Positions 54,331-64,000 of a stretch of DNA of 64,000 nt are shown piece by piece. The translations under genes were made by a program, and so were the position numbers. Origin of the DNA: Octopus vulgaris (lineage: Eukaryota); contig OX597821.1 in assembly GCA_951406725.2 (NCBI GenBank), positions 25,606,001-25,670,000 of the forward strand, in the 5' to 3' direction. The first letter of the stretch is position 1. Every line of letters starts with the position of its first letter. The notes beneath the pieces were generated by a model. That model searched no databases. It saw only the letters and a program-made list of their open reading frames with translations, and was not told where the DNA came from.

Positions 54331-54925
54331 ATATATACTATATATTTGTGATTGTCATGTACAAAAAATTAGAACCCTCATCATCTGGTTGGTAGCATTT
54401 ATCATAGAATAATATCAAACAATTGATAGGAAACATTAGGATTATTAAACAAGATAACATCAGGATTGTGTAATTCACTCATAAGGTGTGCAAATAACCT
54501 ATAACTGGGTTTTTTTCTAAATGATTATCAATTGTTTCTGTACATAATGTGTGTTGCACAGTCTCACAAAATGATTTCTAATATATCCTGTTAATTGTAT
54601 TGTACTATGTGTATATTCTTTTATACTTTTACAAGTTTCAGTCATTTGAATGCAGCCATACTGGAGCACCACCTTAAAGGGTTTTAGTCAAAGAAATCGA
54701 CCCCAGGACTTATTCCTTGTAAGCCTAGTATTCATTCTATCGGTCTCTTTTACCAAACTGCTAACTTACAGGGACACAAGCACACCAACAGCAGTTGTCA
54801 AGCGATGGTGTGTGGATAAACACACACATAAATATACATACATATATATATGTAAATATATATAAATACATATATATATAAATACATATATACATATATA
54901 AATATATAAACATATACATATATAA

Positions 54926-54989
<64 letters not shown>

Positions 54990-54997
54990 ATAGATAT

Positions 54998-55036
<39 letters not shown>

Positions 55037-55101
55037 CACATATATATATGGAAAAAAAAATCAAGGTAGAAAATGCTAAAATAATTTTATAAAAACCATT
55101 T

Positions 55102-55137
55102 CAGTACCGGTTTCAGCCATTGAGACTTTTTCAACTG
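55102..55137 (-). ncRNA. Minimal hammerhead ribozyme motif with U3-A8 core variant
   Basis: The minus strand reads CAG-TTGAAAA-AGTC-TCAAT-GGCT-GAA-ACCGGT-A-CTG. Confidence 0.65.
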
Positions 55138-55693
55138 TAAGTATGAAAAACAATCAAATTTTGGAAAAATTAAAAGGAAAAGAAAATCGTGCGAGTGCTA
55201 TGATAGTAGTAGGATGTTAAATGGTCAAGTGCCCTGAAAGTGACTTGTTGTGGATGGTAGTAGTGACTGAACTCTTGAGACATCTCTTTTGAATGTATTG
55301 TTTATAATATTTGTGTAGGTGTTATTCGAAACAGCAATAGTAGTAAAGTTAGGAAGGAGGTGGCAGAGAGGAAGAAGACAAAGAAGAAGAAGGAGGAAGA
55401 GAAGAGAGAATATAATAAGGGAATGCAGAGGTATGATAGTAGTAGAATGTTAAATGGTCAAGTGACCATTTAACATTCTACTACCATTAGTTTCATATTA
55501 AAGAATACCTCAACGATTATGAAGCTTATTACATGGAAACATTTCTCTTCATCTCCGTTTTGGATTAATTGATAATTGTTGAGGTATTCCTTAACATGAA
55601 ACCAATGAAGGCCTTAATACACCAATAAATAATCTTTATCTATTAATGCAGTATTGAGCACACATTCTCATTGTTTGATATTTACACACACAT

Positions 55694-55725
<32 letters not shown>

Positions 55726-56774
55726 TCATTCATCCATTCATGAGGACTGAAAGAATTGGTAGTCAAACAAAAATACCTTTTGGTGTTTTGTTCTGCCACT
55801 GTTATAACCCTTTTCCCTATGTTGACATTGTCTTTCTTATGAAATCAATGAAATAAGCATTATACCAAAGTACTGTGGGATAAATGTAATCAGCTAAAAC
55901 CTCTTAAGTGTGGTTCCCCAACATGGCCTTAGATTATTGATTGATACTAGTGAAAGAATAACAGAATTTATGAATCTATATAGCTGTCTGTATGTCTGTC
56001 TACCTACCTGTCTACTTATCTGTCAGTCTGACCACCTATCTCCTACTTACTTATCTACCTGTCGCAGTTTACCTGTTCAACCTACCCATCTGTCTCTCTA
56101 TCTACTCATCTATGTGCCTATTTATATTTTGCTATTTACCCATCTACTGCTCCTGTCTACTTTACATTCACCATTTAACAACGATCACCTCTGTTTCACT
56201 CAATAACTACTTTAAGAATCTATATTACAATTTTCTTTTATTTTTTATTTTTCACTAGTTTCTTCAATATTTGATATTCACTATATTGTTTTGATATTGT
56301 TTAACAATTAATTCCACAGAATTCTTCTAGAAATCTTAATTAGATGCTGCTATATAAGACACATTTTCATCAAAAGTAACAGTTAGTACCTACTAAACAT
56401 TATTGTAGTTACTATTTTCTTCAGAGTTTTTTTTTTCTTTATTTATTTTTTATTACTTCTGTTATTTTTGATATAGTTAATCAGTCTGGTTCACTTTAAG
56501 AAACATTCGTAGTTGCTAAGCTATGGACAGTTAATGTATTATGTCTTATCAGTCTCAAACAAAATCATTTTAAAAGATTTTTATATAATCAAATATAACT
56601 TTTATATTGAGTAACGATATCATTTCAGACAGTGTTCTCAGAATCATTTGAATCCATCAACAGACATCTACAGTATTTTCAATTTATTTATTTAAAGTAC
56701 ATGACTGCCTAAGGGTCACGGTCGGTTAAGTTGAAGAGTGAAAGGTCAATTGACCTATAATGATTGTTATCTAT

Positions 56775-56998
56775 GTAAAAAGCACCATCCGATCGTGGCC
56801 GTTGCCAGCCTCGCCTGGCCCCTGTGCCGGTGGCACGTAAAAAGCACCATCCAATCGTGGCCGTTTGCCAGCCACGTCTGGCGCATAAAAAGCACCCACT
56901 ACACTCACGGAGTGGCTGGCGTTAGGAAGGGCAGATCAGACTGGGCCTGGTGCTAGCATGGAAAGCGGGTGCTAAACGATGATGATGATGATGATGAT
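56775..56998 (+). mobile_element. RTE 3'UTR-derived short element with (GAT)n tail
   Basis: AAAAAGCACCATCCGATCGTGGCC..GGCGTTAGGAAGGGCA..GCTAGCATGGAAAGCGG(GAT)n; a sister copy lies at ~59785-60020. Confidence 0.8.
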
Positions 56999-57455
56999 CT
57001 ATACTCTTTTGTAATGAATCTTAGCCTGGATGATAGTAACAAATGTAATATTAAGGTGTATGGTGGCAAAGTAGCAGAACAGTCAGAATGCCAGACAAAA
57101 TGCTTAGCAGCATTCCATCCATCTTTATGCTCTGATCTCAAATTCTCTCAAGGTCGACTTTGCCTTTCATCCTTTTGAGGTCAGTAAAATAAGTATCAGT
57201 GGAGCACTGGATTGATGTAATTGGCTTATCCCTCCTCTAAAATTGCTGGCTTTGTACCAAAATTTGAAACCAATATTAAGGATGTACTGTGGGATGTTTT
57301 GGGTGTTTGGACCTTTATATTTCAGATGCAAAGGCCCATCTTCAGAAGAAAAGAAGATGGACCTTTGTGCCTAAAATATAAAGGTTTTATTAAACTTACC
57401 ACAGTGTCAGAAGCTTTGTATTTTCTTTCTTTTTACCTTCTTTGATATCTATTTA

Positions 57456-57521
<66 letters not shown>

Positions 57522-60447
57522 TGGATGTATATATGGTGAGCTTCTTCCAGTTTTTGTCTACCAGATCCACTAACAAATCTTGGATCAACCCAGGGCTGTT
57601 CGAGCTGTCATACAATGTGTCTGAACCACACAGCCACAATTCTGCCTATACCTAAGAATTATATTAAGGATACACATATCTATGGGATACTCGGCCACCT
57701 ACAGAGTGATTCATTGAACCTAAACCAATGTAGATATATTAACCTTTTTTTTACTATGTGTTTTTGCATGTACGTGTTGCTTTGTAATTAGATGTGCTTA
57801 CATGTGTGTTTCAGTGTGTAAGAGATAATGTGTGATTCTGTCTATGTATCTGTAAGTCAGCATGTGTGTGCATGTGTATGTGTATGGTTAGGTGAGACCA
57901 ATATTCTTACTCATATCGCTGCTGTATTCTTAATTAGTTTGACATCTTACAGTAACAGTATTTAAAAGAAACTGTATCAAAATACTAAATACAGAATGAA
58001 GGTTGACCCTAATTTTAACAATTTGCTTCAATCCTTCCACTTATCAGCCTTGTTACAACATCTGATTCTTACATTGCCCAAGATTTGCCATTTCTAAAAT
58101 GATTGTTACAGATATCTCAGCTACTCACACATAGAATTTACTGTAATTAAGATTGTTATTTTCTGTTTGTAAGTTAGTTGTTGTTGTTGCTGTTCTTCTT
58201 CTGCCCTGGTTGAGCATATCTCTAACAAAATACATTCCAACAATGACTATCCCCCTTTTTCCTATGTTCAAGGAGCCCAGAACTACATTGTCCAGTGGGA
58301 TATGGTCTGAGTGAGATTTGGCTGCTGTTTCTAGCAGATTGAATGAAGCACATAAAGGCTCCTTTATTAGTTCATTTAAGTTAGTGAGAGGAGCAGGAAA
58401 GACAATATCCATAAGCACCATTCTCAAATTGGTGAAGTTATTGTGGTTAATGTTAATTCCTGCGATATAGGCCAATATTTGTAAGAAAAATGTGGCTGAG
58501 CATGGAAGGAATTCCAGAGGATCGAAATTCCAAGAGAACAGGATTGAGGAAAAGGTGGTGAGTCTGGAAAGTGAGACATTGTAAACTTAATTATAGCAGG
58601 AGAGACTTGTAATTCAGGTCAGGTATGAGTGGAGGGGGTATGCGTCTAGATGATTCAGTGTGGTGGGTACTCAATCAGAGGTGGTGGTGATAGGAGTGGA
58701 ATACCGTCACTGTGTAAATGAAGGGTCATTGTTATTTAAGTTTTGGATAGTTTTGAGGTCAGTCAGTTTGACAGTCTTTCCTTTTCTTGCAAAATATTCC
58801 ACTGTGAATTATAATCCTTATATATTTCTGAGATTTTAGAATAGGTACACTGTTTCCTTGTGTGTCATACGATGCAACTAAAAGGTTTGATAGTAGGAAA
58901 GGCATCTAACCATGCAACACAGCCTCAAAAAGTCCTCTTCGATCAGTGCCAGCATGGAAAAGTGCCCATAAGAACAGTGGTTGTGGTGGTGGTGGTGGCA
59001 GTGGCAGAAGCAGCAGCAACTATAGCAGTGGTGGTGGTAATGATGATGATGATGATGATGATGATTTTTCACTACAGGTGTTTTGTTATGCTTCTTGTGT
59101 ACTGCATTAGTTGCAAATTGCCCATCAACCTTCTGTCTTAATAAAACAAATGATCAGTTTTAAGTATACTGGAGTCATTTTAATTATCTACAGTTTGCCC
59201 TTAAATGTATGGTCTTGTATTTCTGTTAGAAATAATAATTATTTTTATCTTACTACAGTAAACTAGTTTCTACATGCAGTGGCCACCACAAATATAGAAC
59301 CATTAAACAGATTTTGAAGTTTGTATGTTATGAACTACTTCAGTGTGCTTTAATTCTTAGAGGTGAAAAGATTATTATTAACATCAACAAAAGATTTCTT
59401 TTGAGCACAATATATTCACAGGTTAACATTCAGTATGATATTCTTCTGTATTGATATCTTTGCGCTGTCTGTTGAGTATGAGCCCAATCAAATACTAGTG
59501 GCTAGAAAGGCAAATTTGTTCCCAGTTCTTTAATTGTTCTATACAGATTATTGAGATCCAACAATCTCTGAGCTTTGATATTATGATCTTCTGTGTTCCA
59601 GAGATTTTCAATCAAATTGAGATCAAAGAGCTGGGTGTTCAGAGCATTATCTTAACTTGTATTTTGTTATCATATGTGAACTAGTTAAAATTATTCATCC
59701 ACTCCACTGGATTCCACTCACTAAAGTTCCAGTCTGTGTCGGCTCAAGCAAATTTCAAGTGTGCCTTTTGGTTTTTCATGGACTAGCCTCCGTGCCGGTG
59801 GCATGTAAAAAGCACCATCCGATCGTGGCCGTTGCCAGCCTCGTCTGGCACGTAAAAAGCACCCACTACACTCACGGAGTGGTTGGCGTTAGGAAGGGCA
59901 TCCAGCCGTAGAAACATTGCCAGATCAGACTGGGCCTGGTGCAGCCTTCTGGCTTCCCAGACCCCAGTTGAACTGTCCAACCCATGCTAGCATGGAAAGC
60001 GGACGCTAAACGATGGTGATGGAAATGAATGTCTTTTTATGGGTGTCACAACCATTTAGTTTGAATCACTAGTAGTAGTTTGAATCTATTCTGCTTGATG
60101 TCAGCTGTTCATTGCCTCTGACAATCTATGAATGATTTTGGAGGACATGTTCATAGGTCTTTCACTTTTAATGCCATCATGCTAACTACTAGTGTCTCTG
60201 TAGGTGGCAGCAAGTTTCATACAGAAGACTGATTGCTTTTTTCATATAAAGTGATGTCCCTGTAGCAGATGTCCTCTTCTTATAGACTGAACAATGTGTC
60301 TGTTTTGTAGGTGACAAACTGGCCTGCTTTCTCAACTATATTGTCACCATAATACTATTAAAAAATACCACAGACTCACTTAGAGTCTTATATCTGGACA
60401 AGTGATTTGAAATTAAAACCATAGAAGACTTTTGTGAAAAATCCATA

Positions 60448-60606
60448 GGCGCAGCGTGTCTGTGTGGTAAGAAACTTGCTTCCCAACCACATGGTTCTGA
60501 GTTCAGTATCACTGCGTGGCACCTTGGGAAAATGTCTTCTAGTATAGCCTCAGGCCAATCAAAGCCTTGTGAGTGGATTTGGTAGATGGAAACTGAAAGA
60601 AGCCTG

Positions 60607-60674
<68 letters not shown>

Positions 60675-60890
60675 ATTTATGTATACCTTTGTGTCTGTGT
60701 TTGTCCCCCACCACCACTTGACAACTAGAGTTCGTGTGTTTACATCTCTGTAACTTAGCAAAAGAGAATGATAGAATAAGTACTAGGCTTTAAAGAAAAA
60801 GTAAGCCCTGAGTTCGATTTCTTTGACTAAAACCCTTCAAGGCAGTACCCCAGCATGGCCACAGTCAAATGACCAAAACAAGTAAAAACA
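60448..60890 (+). mobile_element. SINE family 1, full length
   Basis: Head, CORE and tail motifs; further partial minus-strand copies at ~24445-24625, ~54615-54825, ~61420-61640 and ~62400-62460. Confidence 0.85.
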
Positions 60891-60899
60891 AAAGAGATC

Positions 60900-61380
60900 C
60901 ATCCTCTCTGTCTGCTGTTACTGGGAGGGCTATGGGATCAGAGTCCTCAGGTATCTCTTCCATCAGAAGCAACCATTATTACACTTTCTGGTTGTTTTCC
61001 CAAGCATGACCAACTGAGATTATGGATATTATCCAGCCTTCTCATTCTTGGTCTACCCTTAAGAATCTTGCTGATTGGCTTGGCTTGAAGAATCACATTT
61101 TGTGATTCTTTCTTGTGATATTCTTATCACATGTCCCTTGTATCAAAGTTGTGATTTCTCAAGTGGTGGCTCAGTTTGGAGAGCCTCCTTGATCTCTGAG
61201 CTACACATCCTGTTGAGTAAAGTTACTTCAGAGATCCTTCAGAATAACCTCATTTTGGCCACTTGCATTCACAATCATACCTATTTGGCCTTTACCCAAC
61301 ATTCATGACCATAGGCAAGGATAGTCACAAAAACCATATTGAAGATAGCAAGTTTGGGTTTTTTACCAACTTTTCCTTCA
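60900..61380 (-). mobile_element. Degenerate RTE-like LINE C-terminal relic
   Basis: The minus strand encodes TILAYGHECWV (a YGxE-W motif) and a downstream GRPR-like codon run. Confidence 0.55.
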
Positions 61381-61702
61381 CTGAGGATTTAAATAAAATG
61401 ATTTAAATAAGGGTATTATTCTTTTATTCTTTTACTCGTTTCAGTCATTTGAGTGAGGCTATACTGGAGCACCGCCTTGAAGAGTGTTAGTCAAACAAAT
61501 TGATTCCAGGACTTTTATTAAGCCTAGTACTTATTCTATCAGTTTCTTTTGCCAAACTGCTAAGTCATGTGGATGTAAATACACAAACACTGGTTGTCAA
61601 GCGGTGATGGGAAGGGACAAACTCAGACACAAACACACACATACACATCGATAGATATATACATACATACACACATACATACATGCATGCATGCATACAT
61701 AC

Positions 61703-61739
<37 letters not shown>

Positions 61740-61959
61740 TGCATAATCCAAAAGTTAAGGAATGGAGTAGATAAAATCTGGGCTACATATGTTTCATAGT
61801 GAACAGCCCTAACTTTGGGATTTTATTTGCATACCCTGGCTGCCAAATGTGAACTAGAAAATAATTTTTTTCAACTTATCATACTTCTTCAGTATGGGAA
61901 AAATTCACAACTTTCTGCACCAACTATTGTTCTTGAAAGTTGTTTTTTATGTGTTTTTG

Positions 61960-62132
61960 ATAGTTTCTGCAGATTGCTTGAAGCTAACTTTCTTCCTATA
62001 CCTTGATCTTTGGATCTTACATTTATATATCTATAAATTGTTTTTATGTTTTTTTTTATAGTTTCTGCAGATTGCTTGAAGCTAACTTTCTTCCTCTACC
62101 TTGATCCTTGGATTTTACATTTATATATCTAT
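61960..62132. repeat. Direct duplication of ~75 bp (period ~98 bp)
   Basis: atagtttctgcagattgcttgaagctaactttt..accttgatc..tacatttatatatctata occurs twice. Confidence 0.85.
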
Positions 62133-62514
62133 ATATATATTGTTGCTATTATGCAAAAATGGCATAAGTCCAAAACATTGCTTTTTCAGAAAACGAAAAA
62201 TAGCTTCACCATTCCATAGCAAAACTTTTGTACAATTTTTGATATCATGGCATCTGAAGCAGCTGGAGATACAATAGTTTGTCCAAAAGAACTGGCTATT
62301 GCAAACAAAAATAAATATTGAAAAACGCATTTGGCCAAATGTGGACATACAACAGTTTAACATAAAAGTAATGATATATATATATATATATATATATATT
62401 GAGGCTTCTTTCAGTTTCTGTCTACCAAATTCATTCACAAGGCCTTGGTCAGCCTGATGCTTTAGTAATCTTTATCATTCCTTACAAGTATTTGTTAATT
62501 TCTTTATATTGATA

Positions 62515-62911
62515 CTAGCAGTATCGCCCGGCATTGCTCGGTTTGTAAGGGAAATAACTATATAAGCATTTTTAGAGAGTCATTGCCAAAAAATAGCAAA
62601 AAAATGCATTAAAAATGGAAAAAAATGATGGTAAATTTTTTTTTTAAATCGTTGACTCATCATAGACATTTTTAGAGAGTTACTTCCCTTATATAATAGC
62701 GAAAAAATGCATTAAAATAGGAAAAATTGATGGTAAATTTTTTTTTTAATCGTAGACTCATCGTAGACGCACACTAATACCCAGAAGGGCTCGATATGAA
62801 TCACGACTATAAGATACCCGGTTTTGGTTAAACTGCACCGCAAAATGTGGGAGTAGTTAGGAATCTAAATCGTAGGAGACAGACACACAATTTGACTTTT
62901 ATATATAAAGA
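62515..62911 (-). mobile_element. Non-autonomous Helitron
   Basis: The minus strand starts A|TCTTTATATATAAAA and ends in the hairpin CCGAGCAATGCCGGG followed by CGATACTGCTAG|T. It has an internal tandem duplication and no TSD. Confidence 0.85.
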
Positions 62912-64000
62912 TTTCTTTGTATTGATTATGAACTTTATTTCAGATATTCAAAAAATCTGTTGAATGATTCTAAATTTCTGATGGCTGCTGTACTTACACA
63001 AACTCTTGAATGTTGATTTAGGTAAAATGTAGATATTTTAGTGTAGATGTTGATAGTTAATAGAACATCTTTCATATTGTGAAATATTGCTGATAATTAA
63101 CCACTGATTTTAATTTTAATTAATGAAAAGTTAAATTAATTAATAAATGCTGTTAATGTTGTTAGGTGAGAGTTGGTCAGTGAAGAAAATTGTTCTTAGA
63201 AGTATATGGAAGGACAGAGGGACATGCATGCATAAAGGTGAAATCAGGTCGCTGAGGTTATTCCTTCAGGGATACAAATTCTTATTTGATACAAAAGCAT
63301 GCCAACAAACATGGTCTGTCATTCATCATAAACTCACTGTAAACAATGATTTTCCAGCTGAATTTTGTTTATTATTATGTTCTTCAACATTACTATTGTT
63401 GTTGTTTTAATTTTGTTTCCTTCTCCCCATTCTTTGTTTCTTAGATTTATTTTTTCACACTGGTCTTTGCTGTTGTGTTTAGTGACCGACAGTAATTTGA
63501 AATGATATCAAGTCAAACAAGAATTGTCAGTCCTCTATAGATTTAGTTTTATCATGTTTTTATATTGATTAACTGTCACATTTTGCCTCACACTATCAAC
63601 ATTTTAAAATCAAAAAATTGCTTCTGTATTTTACAGGGGATTTTGTTTTATTTCATTCTTCATGTATAGTAATTCACCCCTAATTTTTATGTCCACCTAT
63701 ATTTTTGTATGGTAGTGGTAGTGCACGTTGCTATAAACTTTGGCTTGTCTATTTAACCCATTTAATTCCATATAGCAATCATTTCTTAAATTTGTGAAGA
63801 AAATAAATGATGGAAACTACCAATCAAACATAAGCAGTTTCAAAACCTACAGCCTCTAAGCGTTTACAAAGTAGTAGATGGGGCATTGATTAACAGGTGA
63901 AAAAGTAGTTTAGATTATTATTATGAGTTGCTGTGATAAATGAACCACAGTTTAAATTATGAAGCAATGGAAAGTATGTTCAGATTTTGTTACTCCTTTA

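Noticed and set aside
63168-63250. Exon-like segment in ORF 63147-63410
   Set aside because: No recognisable homology and a weak donor.

Overview
This is AT-rich, repeat-dense animal genomic DNA, most likely from an octopod cephalopod (inferred from the tRNA-derived CORE-type SINEs, RTE LINEs with (GAT)n tails and (TA)n microsatellites). Nearly all of the supplied ORFs are microsatellite or transposon artefacts. Two real spliced genes, missed by the ORF track, lie head-to-head with about 2.1 kb between their start codons. On the minus strand are coding exons 1-3 of an SSBP2/3/4 (Ssdp) orthologue at 11287-11232, 5985-5913 and 2927-2866, encoding [63 protein letters not shown]. On the plus strand is the probable first coding exon of ATG10 at 13425-13529. 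The same SSBP2-ATG10 neighbourhood exists at human 5q14.1. The remaining ~50 kb appears to be intronic. It holds RTE and CR1-group LINE relics, SINEs, hAT, piggyBac-like and mariner MITEs, two non-autonomous Helitrons and a TE-poor CpG-richer island. It also holds at least eight hammerhead-ribozyme-like motifs of the Penelope type, several with unusually long stem II and one with a U3-A8 compensatory core. All calls come from reading the sequence by eye; no database search was run, and TE boundaries are approximate.
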